64,000 nt of DNA from Amphiscolops sp. MND2022. Its lineage: Eukaryota. Under the pieces are notes generated by a model that saw nothing but the letters and a program-made list of their open reading frames with translations, did not search any database and was not told where the DNA came from. The stretch covers positions 57,910,001-57,974,000 of the forward strand of contig OZ076409.1 of NCBI GenBank assembly GCA_964187785.1. Reading direction: 5' to 3'. Shown here piece by piece: positions 37,146-48,236 of the stretch; within the stretch, counting starts at the first letter, position 1; every line of letters begins with the position of its first letter. The translations under genes were made by a program, and so were the position numbers.

Positions 37146-38168
37146 ATGAAGTGTATAATTTGTGGAAAATGTAATGAAAAATCAGTCTGTTCCGATTGTG
37201 AGAATAAAAAAAGATGTAAAGTGTGTAATATATTGAAAACAGATTTTTACAAATATAAAAATGGTAAATTGTATAGTACATGTATAGAATGTTTCAATAA
37301 AAAAGTAAAATGTGAATTTTGTAATAAGGAATTCAATAAAACTTATATATCAAAACATTTAAAAAGATGTATTATCAATCATGATAATAATAATTACAAA
37401 AATAATGAAATTATAAATCATAATGAAAATCATGATAATAATAATTATACAAATAATGAAATTATAAATCATAATGAAAATTATGATAATAATAATTATA
37501 CAAATAATATCATTACAAATGATAATATTGATAATACTTGTAATAGGACATTGATAGTTGGCCCATCATTTTGTGGTAAGACCCATTTGTTATTAAACAA
37601 ATTACAATTAATTCGATTATATGATAAAGAAAAACAAATACATATAATAACTAGATCTCCGGGACAATACAGCGAAGCTGCCCTCTGGAATACAAATACA
37701 GAAATAGAAGATACCGAAGGCCAGGAAAGCTGTCTTTCAGTGGACGAAGATCTAGAAGATAGAACAATACAAGATTTTCAAAATTGTTGTGTTGTATTTG
37801 ATGATATGTTGGACACTTCACAGAAATTAATAGATCCATTTTTTACTAGAGGAAGACATAATGATTTAGATGTTTATTATTTATCACAGTCATACTTTGA
37901 TTTGCCTAAAAGAACAATTAGAAACAATAGTAATATTATAATTTTATTTCAACAAACATTGAAAGATGTGCAACATATATACACCGACATAGCTGGTTTT
38001 GATATGTCTTATGATGAATTCAAAAGTTTGTGTAAAGAAGCATGGCGGGATAAGTATAATTATTTATTAATAAATAGGTTAGAAGATAAAAATGGGAGTA
38101 AGTATATGATATGTAATGAATCCAATCTGCAATACCAGATATTTAATCCACAAACTGATCCTTTTTAG
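37146..38168 (+). CDS. A32/FtsK-like DNA packaging ATPase with N-terminal CxxC zinc-finger-like region, right arm, intact
   Basis: Walker A GPSFCGKT, Walker B VVFDD, RGRH motif, YLSQSY and IRNN motifs. Asn-rich 17-aa repeat linker. Confidence 0.9.
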   Translation: MKCIICGKCNEKSVCSDCENKKRCKVCNILKTDFYKYKNGKLYSTCIECFNKKVKCEFCNKEFNKTYISKHLKRCIINHDNNNYKNNEIINHNENHDNNNYTNNEIINHNENYDNNNYTNNIITNDNIDNTCNRTLIVGPSFCGKTHLLLNKLQLIRLYDKEKQIHIITRSPGQYSEAALWNTNTEIEDTEGQESCLSVDEDLEDRTIQDFQNCCVVFDDMLDTSQKLIDPFFTRGRHNDLDVYYLSQSYFDLPKRTIRNNSNIIILFQQTLKDVQHIYTDIAGFDMSYDEFKSLCKEAWRDKYNYLLINRLEDKNGSKYMICNESNLQYQIFNPQTDPF

Positions 38169-39099
38169 TAAATGTGCTTACTAGGTTTTGATGTTGATTT
38201 GTTGTAATGCATTGGTATTGTAAAAGTTTATCTGCAATTGCTATGATTTGTTCATTAAGCATAGGATTATCATTTCCTCCTACTTTTTCAAAATAAAGTA
38301 GTTTTAATTGATCTACAAGTTCATCTGGATCAGATGGAAGGAAAATAAAATTTAATCCACTTCCTATTTGTGGTTGTAACATAGCTTTAATAAATAAATA
38401 TCTATGTGATTTTTTATCTCCATAATTTATATTATATTTCATATCATTTAAAAAACTGTAAATTATATTCGTATTTTGTGGTATTTTATCTATTTGTGTA
38501 TTCGTTATAAACTTTGAAAGATCCGGATCATTCAAATAATACGTGTTACCATTTTGGAATGTCATCGTTGAACCTTTGATTAGTACTTGTTGGGGATTAT
38601 GGGGGTTAATTGTGAAAAAATTAGAACTTCCTTCCACGGGTTCTAAACTAAATTGACTTTTGTTGTTGTCATTAAGCAAATTAGAAACTGTCTTAACGAT
38701 ACTAGAATCAACTTGGTTTGAGTTAACAAGATCTGTAACAATTTGATTATTACGATTTGTAATTTTATCATATTCTTTTATTCCTTCTTTAACTGATTTA
38801 TGTAATTTTTTATTAAGAGTATTACTCGATTCTTGTATTGCTCTAGTTTGGTCTTGTATTGCTTGTGTTGTAGTTTGGGTAGAATCACGTAGTGCTTGAA
38901 TCTGCTTTTCAGATTCTAGCTTGGTTTGGTTTTGGCTTTTTTTCTGATTTTCAGTAACTGGTTCAAAAACTTCTTCCATATCATAATGAAAGTCTTGCTT
39001 CCCTAGTTTCTCTTTTAATCTTTCAGCTTTCAAAGAAGATTTTGTTTCTTGCAATTTTTTTAATTTTTCTAAATCATCTCGATTATGAATTGAATACAT
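38143..39099 (-). CDS. Maverick conserved protein (318 aa), right arm, intact
   Basis: QIGSGL motif followed by FLPSDPDELVDQLKLL...GNDN...NEQIIAIADKL, a C-terminal module I recall from Maverick/adintovirus ORFs. Overlaps the ATPase 3' end by 26 bp. Confidence 0.7.
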   Translation of the reverse strand: MYSIHNRDDLEKLKKLQETKSSLKAERLKEKLGKQDFHYDMEEVFEPVTENQKKSQNQTKLESEKQIQALRDSTQTTTQAIQDQTRAIQESSNTLNKKLHKSVKEGIKEYDKITNRNNQIVTDLVNSNQVDSSIVKTVSNLLNDNNKSQFSLEPVEGSSNFFTINPHNPQQVLIKGSTMTFQNGNTYYLNDPDLSKFITNTQIDKIPQNTNIIYSFLNDMKYNINYGDKKSHRYLFIKAMLQPQIGSGLNFIFLPSDPDELVDQLKLLYFEKVGGNDNPMLNEQIIAIADKLLQYQCITTNQHQNLVSTFTKKDQFVD

Positions 39100-39148
39100 A
39101 ATTTATTATTCATAAAAAATAATATTTAATTTACAGCAAGGCTGTAAA

Positions 39149-39549
39149 TCAATGAATTTTACCCAAGTACAGACCTTTTCCTTGATGAACAAATTTTATA
39201 ATATCAGGAGCAGTTGCAGCTATCATTCGAGGATTTTTACTTGCTGCTGCAGTTCCAATATTTGCTGCTATTTCCAATGCACGGCGTGGGTTATTGAGTA
39301 TTTTCTTTCCAACGTTTTTGGCTGCCGAGCCCAAATGTTTAAAAAAATTACCCAATCCCTCTGCTTGAATTGTTTGATCAGATACTATAAGTGATTTATT
39401 TCTTTTACAAGTTGAACAAGTACCTCTTAATACTTTAACAGGTGCTCCTGTTTTCTATTTTGAGTAATATCTCCACGAATATTTGTGGTAGCGGAATAAT
39501 GTTTTCCACCAACACAATATGATTTATTTTTAAATTTACTAAAGCTCAT
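39149..39549 (-). pseudogene. Right-arm copy of the amphipathic-helix accessory ORF (frameshifted)
   Basis: Mirror of 34564-34963 with a 1-nt deletion near 39455. Confidence 0.65.
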
Positions 39550-39561
39550 TATTTATCAGGA

Positions 39562-40606
39562 TTAAATCTTGATGATTTGAATTGTAAATGTTAATGTTTC
39601 GGAGTTGAAATCAACTGGGTTTTGATTGTTATCCTCAAGGAAAAATTGAATACTATCTAACCTTGTTTTTTTATTTTTTTATATAAAATAATATTGGGTT
39701 CTTTTATAATTTTATATCCAGGAGGAGCACTAAGATTAAAAGAAAATAAAATTTGTTCTCTAATCCCGTTAACAATTGATCCATCTACACAATCACATTT
39801 AAGGTGAACTTTGTCGGTGGTTGTTATCATAACTGGTTTTTCTGATATATGAGTTCCTGCTGAGTAGCCCTTGTTTGTAAATCCTAAAAGGGTGTTAAGT
39901 TCAGAATGAAAATAAATGGAATATGAGGTTGTTAAAACTGATTTCATTGATATTGTATCTGCCTCTATGTTGATTTTAAACTTAGGATCAGGACCAGAAC
40001 TACAAGAATTAATAAGTTCTTGTTGGATGGCATTATTTATATCGATTAATTCATATGCTCCTGGTGGTATTTCTATTTCCAAGCAATCAGTTACAATTCT
40101 ATATTCTTCAAGAACAATAATTTTTGTTTTATCTTTATTATTTTGGTTAATTTGATCAATTATTTTATTTAAATTGTCATAATAATTTTCAGAGAGTGTA
40201 ACCTTTTTAAAATAATCATCATTTATAAGTTTTTTAATTTCTTCTATATTAGAAATTCCTTTATTGCCGGAGGTTTCATATATTTTTTTTATCTTTGACA
40301 TAAATTCAGTGGCAACTTTATATTCTTTTAACATTTTGTCTGTTTCAAAAAGTTTAATTTTATTATTCTTTTCAGTGATGTTATATACAGTGTTATATAC
40401 TTCTAAACTTGTTACTCCCATCATCCATTGTTCAGGCAATTCCAAAGGAATATCAAATGAAAAAGATTCTTTTTGTTTATTCATTTTAAATTCTAGAGTT
40501 TCTTGTGGTTTAGAATGTGTATTTTCAACAATTTCTTGATTAGATTTTGCAATACTCAACAAAAGAGATTCTTTTTATCATAGGTTACAAAATTTGATAG
40601 ATCCAT
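39562..40606 (-). pseudogene. Minor capsid protein, right arm (301-aa core open, homopolymer frameshifts at both ends)
   Basis: Mirror of 33505-34551. Confidence 0.75.
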
Positions 40607-40837
40607 TTATTAGGAGAAAAATTGTTTAAATCCACTTGCGGATATCTTATTTATGAATTCTTGGTTTTGTTTTGATAATTTCTTTTTTTGATTATTTTTT
40701 TCTATTATTTTCTCATCAAATTGATTCTCATTGGTATTCATTGGTTTTTGAATAATTTCAAATTGAGCTGAATAATTATTTATTTTCTTCTTTTAGGAAT
40801 TATAAATTTTGGTAGTATAAATTTAAAACTGCATTTT

Positions 40838-41526
40838 AAATGCTCCACAAGGGAATTTTAACTGGCCCCTAATGTATTATTTTTTGTATTATTATTACCT
40901 ATTTGTATGTTTTAACTTTTTCGAAAATTTAAGGATTTTTAATATTTGGTGAAAACGGAGGATTTTATATACACGCTATCAAAAAACCTAATGCGATTTA
41001 TTAGGATTTCTAATAAATAACCCCATTATAAGGATTTCTTATACTACTGTCAAGTATAAGTTATACTATTTCCGCGGAGAACATATAGACAAACAGTATT
41101 TCTTATACACAAAAAGGATTCATTATACACAAATAGGATTTCATATACTAATATTTAGTGATCCTAATAAAATATACTATATTTGAAATCAGGAATTCTA
41201 AGAATACTCGCAAATCGTATAAGGAATCCTATTTTAATAAAATTTCAAGCGCATTAGGATTATTAATACAAAGTATCAAGAATACTTATTTTGATTATTA
41301 GTAAAACTTATAAAATGGGGGAAAAGTTTTTGAGTCCTTAGTATACAGTTTATAAGGAATCCTGAAAACAGTTAGATATAAGGAAACTTGATACATTTCC
41401 CATGCATTAACAAGTGGAAAAAGTATCAGTAATACTTATACTTCAATGCAAATTGGCTTATAAGGAATACTTATGCATTTTAGACACGTAAATTTATGCG
41501 CACTTTGAAAGTTGTGTCTTGTAATG
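40838..41526. other. ~690-bp AT-rich insertion unique to the right arm
   Basis: Absent from the left arm. Flanked by a 23-bp direct duplication (40815-40837 / 41527-41549, one mismatch). Rich in AGGATT/AGGAAT motifs. Confidence 0.8.
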
Positions 41527-41535
41527 GTATAAATT

Positions 41536-41907
41536 TTAAACTGCATTTTTGAAGCCAATTATATTTGTGAGATACAACACATACAAACAATATGCTGCAC
41601 AATAACTGTCGTCTTTCTGGATTTGATATTCTGAATAGATACCATTATTAATTTGTTTTGTTATATTTAGTGGTGGTGGACAGCCATATGAATCGAAATA
41701 GTTTTGGTTTGTAAACATAACCCAATGTGTTCCTTTAGTTGGATGTAAGTTAACTATACCACTGGTGGTTATAAATTTATCATCTCTCATATATATTCCA
41801 CAAGATGTGTTCATGAGTTTTAAGATTTCTTTTATTTCTACATTGGAAGTTGCTTCATTTTTTAATCCATATTTATTAACAAATTCTTTGAATGATAAAT
41901 AATTCAT
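41536..41907 (-). CDS. Adenain-like protease, right arm (C-terminally truncated by 8 aa)
   Basis: Same translation as the left copy until a TAA at the insertion junction. Confidence 0.8.
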   Translation of the reverse strand: MNYLSFKEFVNKYGLKNEATSNVEIKEILKLMNTSCGIYMRDDKFITTSGIVNLHPTKGTHWVMFTNQNYFDSYGCPPPLNITKQINNGIYSEYQIQKDDSYCAAYCLYVLYLTNIIGFKNAV

Positions 41908-44900
41908 TTAATAGTTATTTTTCATCAATTTTGTTAATTTTTTTAGTTGTGAAAAAAGGCTAATTTTTAATGATTTGATTGGTATTTTGTGAAAAAAGAT
42001 TAATTTTTTAATGGTTTTACGAACTTAAATTTTTTCTTATATCAGGAACGGGAATTCGCTTACTACTGATTATTGCCCGTACTGATGGACCATTGTCTCA
42101 GGAGTGTGTAATGGAGTCTTACTCAAGTTTTTTCTGTAGGCTTTACAATTTTTTAGTTTTTCATCTTCGAGTGCCGTCCGATATCCAAGTGTTTCGCCCG
42201 GTATTGGGACACTGTTGACCTCTAAGGGGGATAGCTGTGACCTCGAATCGAACTTCGTGTTATCTTTCACGAGTGTACTTAAGACTCTAAAATTGGAAGC
42301 AATCTATTTGATGCTGACAGTTTTAAAAGTCGTCATTTGTTTTTTAAGCTACACCTAATAATACTAGGTTACCCCAAAGAAACAATACAAGTGAAATTTC
42401 ACATATTTGAGGGCTTAATTGTTCAAGAGAAAGACATCGAAACTCCTTTAAACTACATGTTGCCAATTGTCAATCACTGGAAACAGCACTCGACTCACTC
42501 ACAAAAATTACCTAATAAGTGAACTACATGACCGGTTGACTTACCTAATTGACCGTCTAGCTGAGATTATAGCTATTTTTATCCTTTCCATAATTGAGAG
42601 GCAGCAATTGAAAACTTCAAAGCATTTTGACTGACTTGTTTGTAAATAAAAATTAGGCGTTTTAAAAGAAAATGAAATACTGCTGATTTCGATGTCGCTC
42701 AGGTACTGCGGAGTGAAACCAATATCATGTTTTACTTTCATCATGGACTCATCTCAAAAATTTGATGGAATAATCTTGTTTGATAAATTTTGCAAGAGTG
42801 TACAGTATTCAATCTCTAGCCTATAGATAGGAACGTGTAAAGCAATAATTGGTTTAATCATAGGATATTTATCTAACTTCGTTATCTGAATGTTTATGTA
42901 GAACCAATAGATATTTCGAGTTCCACTTGTGTGAAATGACTGCTGCAAAAAATAACAAACAATTTTGAGAAGTATGTGAAAAAAACTCTTTGAAATTTGA
43001 AATTCAAAACAGTATTTTTAGGAATTTCTAAAAGGAGGATTTTCAGGAGGAATTTCTCCAGAAATTTAACAAAGCACTGTATCTTTATTTTCCGTAGATA
43101 TTTCATATGGAAAAGGAAAATATTTAAACCAAACAAGTTTTTTTTACAAAATTGCCGAGCACTAAATTTATATCCAAGCTAAAAAGTTTCACCCATTGAA
43201 TTCAACTGACGTAAATTTAGTAACATGCGGTATGTATTTGTGGAGATTGGTGGACTTTTTTGGTTGACCCGAAAGACCCCAAAATGACCCAAAAAATGAC
43301 TCCAAACATGAAAAAAACTGTAAAGTTTTCCGGTTTTTAACGTTTTCATAAATTTTTGTCAATATTTCGATAGATTTTGTGGTTTAGATTGTTGAAAACA
43401 TCCGAAAGGACAAATTTAAAACTTCGTTACCAAAGAGGTTTTTTAGCAGAAATAAAAGCATTTTTTAAATGAAAAAAGGCCTCAAATTCAGATCGAACTT
43501 GAAGAAAATTCCAAAAAGTTCAGATTTGTAACGTTTTTATTCATTTTTTGGTAAACTTTTGATACACTTGGTAGCTTAGAAAAGTAAAAACGTTCAAAAA
43601 GGAAAGAATTCGTTGTCCAAGAGGCTTCTTCGAAGACATAAACGCAATTTGTTTTGAAAAATGTCTCAAATTCAGACCGAAATGACAAAAACCAGGAAAA
43701 TAAACGTTTCCAATCACATTCTGACGCGTTTTGGAAGGACTTAATGGCTTAGAATGTTGAAGAGGTTCGAGATTGAAAGCGTTCATTATCCGGTAGGCTT
43801 TTTGTTAAGAAGTACAGACTGTTTTTCAAGAAAAAAACTCGAATTGCCATCAAAAGAATCAATTATCCACGTTTTCATGCCACTTTTGTCAAACTGTTTT
43901 TAAAAAAAGTAAGGCTTTTTGACTATTTTGTGGTCATTGTGGCAATTTGTTCTGCATTTATCTACCCAAACAACCCTATCGGACAACAACTTACTTTTTG
44001 AAAACAAATTTTGATTCTCCAAAGCAATTTCTTTAAAATTTTCAACGTTTCCAAGGATTACAACTCCTAAACTGTTAAACGACAAGTGAATGGGTTGTCC
44101 AGTAGGCTTTTTGAACGGATAAACGCCAGCTTCTGATAAAAATGTGCTTTAATTTGACACAAAAAGTGTCTAGAATTCCAAACAAATCCAGTTTATGTAG
44201 TTTCGTCAAATTTGTTAGTACAACTTTTGAAAATTTTTGCGAGTCAGAAGGTTAAAGACAATCAAAGTGAGCAAATCAGATTGTAACAATCATTGAACAG
44301 TCAAATGTAATAACTTTTTTTGTGAGAACATTACAGTGGTTTACGTGAGAAATACTGCAAAACGACACAAGTGAGTCGGAAACTAGAGAAATTGAAATTT
44401 TAAACGTTTTTGTGCGAAGTCTTTTTTTTCGAAACGTCTCCAGGGTTAGAACATTAGAATGGTTCAACAACAAATGCAGTTGATTTCGAGTGGACGTTTG
44501 TGGGAGGTATTTGCTGATTTGTGTCTGGTAAATGTCTCAATTTGAACCGAAAAAAAATAAAATATCGAACATTTCCCATTTTGACAAAAGAGATTTTTGT
44601 GAAGGTGTTCGTGAACTCGATGCTTCTAAAGCTCCAGACGAGATTTCAAGCTATGTAGTGCGTGTTCTGAAGAAAAACTTTGTAGTTTTCTTCGTAGAAA
44701 CTTATCTCAGAATGACCCATACGAAAAATGACTTTTGTGGGAATTTTCGTACATTAGAAGAATAAACTTTTCAACAGCAAACAAACGCAAATTAGAGTAA
44801 ATATTTTGGAATTCAAATGCAGTTTCATGTTTGAAAAGAGCATCAAAGTGACACCAAAAAAAAACTAAAAAGTAGATAGTTTTCAAAAATTTTTGACGTT

Positions 44901-46779
44901 TTTATCCCTTTTTTTCAAAATTTTGAAAATTTCGTGAATTAGAACTTTGAAACATCGAATCAACCATTGGATACAGGGTTCAGTAAAATTTCCGAAAAAA
45001 AATGGCAAGTTGTCATGTGAAATATGCCTCAATTTCAACCTAAACTATCAAAACACAAATCTTGCCAGTTTGTCATTTTTCCTGCAGTTTGTGTACACTT
45101 TTTTAACGTTTCTGTGTTAAAGAAAGCTCAAAACAGTCAAACACGAACAAATTAGCTATGCAGTATACTATTTTGAAGAAAGAGTTGCAGTTTTTTACTT
45201 CAAAAACCCTTCGAAAATGAGCCTGATGAGTCGGAAATGAAAAAAATCTAAATTAAAAGCTTTATTTTCAAGGGTCTATCGTCTTCCATCGTTGGAAGTT
45301 TCCATCGTAGGAAGAATGAAAACGTTCAACGTGAACAGATGCGTTATCCGGTCGGCTTTTTGAAGGTCAATTGCAGTTTCACGTTAGAAAAAGCCTCGAA
45401 ATGTCCCCAAAATAGAAAAAAAAATGGCAGTTATTTGACAAATTAGTGAATTTCTAACTTAAGTTGCCAAATTATTCGAACTTTTTTGAAATAGGCATGC
45501 AGATTGTTTATAAAAAGAAATTCACAATTTTGTATGTAGGAAGATCGTCAGGTTGACTTAAAATAATTTAAAAATCCTTTTTTTGTTTTGGAAATGTTTA
45601 TATACTTTTTTGTAAACCTTTCAAACAATTTTGCAATTCAAGAACGACTGGACCCTGCATCCAATCGATCTTTTTTAAAAACACATCTGCAGTTTCCTAA
45701 CAAAAAATCCTCAAATGACCCCAAAGTTGTCGAAAGAGCAAAATTGAGCAAATTTTGACGTTTTTGGCGACTTCGCGCAAAAAAAATTGATTGGTTAGGT
45801 TTTGGTATCCACACAAGCTGACAAAAAACAAGTAGGTGTTCAGTGTGTTCTTGAAGTGTTTCCTTCTGAAATGGGATGACATTATTCAAAAGTGTCAAAA
45901 CTTTTTCCGTCAAACTTCCATGCGTTTCCATAGTGGAATTCGCTCTTGAGCCTCAAAAATATGTCATTTTGGACAGAAAATTTCCTGCTGGTCAGCAGGC
46001 GTCTTGTTTTCGATCTTTTCTGGAAAAAACGAAAAAAAAATAACAGAGTTCTCATAATAAACGTCAACATGCATGGAAACGGCATGAAATTATCGTATGG
46101 AACCATATGGTTCCATGCATGGAATCGCATGGAAGACTTATAAATTTGGATCCGGGAAGAGTCTCGGAACTAACTAATAATCAGAATTATCAACCAGTTT
46201 TTCTGCGGCGATTTACTCCGATCAAGTAAGAAGCAGGCGGTGCTAAAGAATTAGGAAGTTAGGTAAAACTGAGCAAAATGGAACAAAGAAACTTTACGTA
46301 ACCAAACAAAATCCTATGGGAATGATATCCATCGCACTTGAAAACAAAATCATTCAAGGCACAATCTTCTGAACATCATACTTCAAATGATTTCAAATGT
46401 CTACGACTCTATTTCGAAAATGTTTACAAATTTATCGAAAAGGAAACCAGCTCTTTTTGTTGTGGATACAATTTCCTTAAAAATTGTCACGGATAAACCT
46501 CGACAATGTGAAGCTGCAGGCAATATCGAAAACGAAACGTCGTCAGACTGCTACTTCTTTCGAAGGGCCTGTTGATGAGGTAAGGGGTGAAAATCTCCAT
46601 GAGTCTTATTTTGGCAAACCTGAAGAACGAAAATTAACTGTTGAAAAGACAACAAGAAGCGAACAAGTTACTCCGAGCGTTCCAGTGAGCAGTTCCATCC
46701 AACCGAGTACAAGCGAACTTTCTTTTGACGCGGAGAATCTCTAATGCAAATGGCCCACCGAAAAAGGCACGCCAAAGAC

Positions 46780-46978
46780 ATCGCCAATCACAATACTTGA
46801 TTGCAACTTCGTGATTTCCCATGCCTTCAGTGATTTTCTAGGGCGCAGACATCGGTTTACAGGACCCTGAAAGATTTTATCTTTTTGGTACCAAAATTCT
46901 GTTTAACTTAATAGAAACATCACAGCAATGGCTCGCGGATGGCACTTTCTAGTTATTTTTGAGCCTCTGTTTTCAATC
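46780..46978 (+). pseudogene. MULE transposase relic (5' part; continues at 51552-51890)
   Basis: DPERFYLFGTK...SQQWLADGTF immediately before the gypsy insertion. Confidence 0.6.
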
Positions 46979-47288
46979 TGTCGTAAAGTGGTTTGAAAAG
47001 ATTTTGTTTTAAACTCAGTTCAATTCAGGTTCTCGTTTTATTTCTTTATGGTCCGTACAATACAGTAAAATAATATTCAAATTAATAGTTGACACCAGTT
47101 AAAATACAAGTCTATTATGTAAGAGTTTACTTGAGTTCTTTCACCGGTCATCGGTAACGCATATTGAAAGTTTCCATTCTTCGGTGTTATGTAACCGAAT
47201 CGCGGAGCCAATGAAATTGAAGTAGCTTCTTCGGTAACGAACGGTAGATGTTTACCGAATAACAGCAAGTGACGATGACGTCACCACA
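46979..47288 (-). repeat. 3' LTR
   Basis: Matches 51237-51546 with about 4 substitutions by eye. Confidence 0.95.
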
Positions 47289-47306
47289 TCCTCTCTTTTA
47301 GTTGAT

Positions 47307-48236
47307 TCATGCGAATCCTGCTTGATACTTCTGGGTTTGGGTTCGTAGTCGTTTCGGTCTATCATTGGTTATCGCGGTATGTTCTTCGGTCACCACCGGA
47401 TTCAAGTTATCAGCGTTACTAGTCTTCGGGGTGACTGGATCTTGAATAGCATCATGTCCAATGTTTGGTTGATGTTCCAGTTTCTTTGCGTCTGATGATG
47501 GTAGTGATGCGATTTGTCCGTCACTTGCCAAAATTGTTCGGTTGTTGTCATGAAGCCAAGCCGTGTTTCGTCCTTTCCGGATAATGTAAGTCAATTCTCT
47601 CGGCTCATGGTTTGAAGTGGGTTTGTACAGCACTTTTTCACCAACTTCATAAAATCCAACAACAGGGTTTCTCAAGTTTTTTCCAAGCAGTAATTTGGCA
47701 GGAGTGTCACCTCTAGCATTTGAAGAATTTCGATGACTGAACAAAATTTTATCAAAATAAGTAGTCAATGAACAACCTATATCTTTATTGTAAAAACTCA
47801 GGCTCTTTTTCAATGTTTGAACAGCTCTCTCGGCCAGTCCATTGCTTCTCGGTGAATACAAAGGTGTGTGAATCTTTTTGCATCCTTGTGCCGCCAACCA
47901 GTCTTTTAGGTCTTTGGATATAAACTCCTTTCCGTTATCGGACACAACCGTATATGGTATTCCAAACCGAGAAAAGATTGTTCGGAGACATCTGACCACG
48001 TTCCGCGTTGATCGGTCGGTGCACGGGAAAGCTTCCAGCCAACCGGACCCAGCATCAGCAATGATCAGAATGTTACCGTGTTCTGCTTCATAAAGCCAGT
48101 CCATATGCAGTCTTTCCCACGGAGCGCATTCTTCCCATTTGTCGGTAGAATCGATCAGTCTCGGTCGGTTTTTGCTGCATTCGGGACAGTTTTTGACAAA
48201 TTGTTCGATATCGTTGTCCATAAACGGCCAACGCAT
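47307..48236 (-). CDS. Integrase (DDE core), separated from RT/RH by a frameshift near 48240
   Basis: WERLHMD...VVSDNG...SNGLAERAV. Confidence 0.9.
   Translation of the reverse strand: MRWPFMDNDIEQFVKNCPECSKNRPRLIDSTDKWEECAPWERLHMDWLYEAEHGNILIIADAGSGWLEAFPCTDRSTRNVVRCLRTIFSRFGIPYTVVSDNGKEFISKDLKDWLAAQGCKKIHTPLYSPRSNGLAERAVQTLKKSLSFYNKDIGCSLTTYFDKILFSHRNSSNARGDTPAKLLLGKNLRNPVVGFYEVGEKVLYKPTSNHEPRELTYIIRKGRNTAWLHDNNRTILASDGQIASLPSSDAKKLEHQPNIGHDAIQDPVTPKTSNADNLNPVVTEEHTAITNDRPKRLRTQTQKYQAGFA

Larger units (their letters stand above)
32755..42067. mobile_element. Palindromic, non-autonomous Maverick/Polinton-derived element
   Basis: Termini AGTAGTAAGCGAATTCCC...GGGAATTCGCTTACTACT. 6-bp TSD GATTAT (32749-32754, 42068-42073). 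Arms are reverse complements meeting at ~37031. Encodes Maverick virion-module genes. Confidence 0.92.

Noticed and set aside
32755..42067. The palindrome as a sequencing or assembly fold-back artefact
   Set aside because: Different unique flanks share a 6-bp TSD, and the arms differ by substitutions, a repeat unit and a 690-bp insert. Read-level confirmation is still advisable.
43600..45400. Recurring ATCC(G/A)GTAGGCTTTTTG motif
   Set aside because: Looks like old degenerate interspersed repeat; spacing is irregular and boundaries could not be supported.
46097..46116. Perfect 20-bp palindrome ATGGAACCATATGGTTCCAT
   Set aside because: Part of a CATGGAA-rich degenerate repeat end; I could not define a partner terminus or function.
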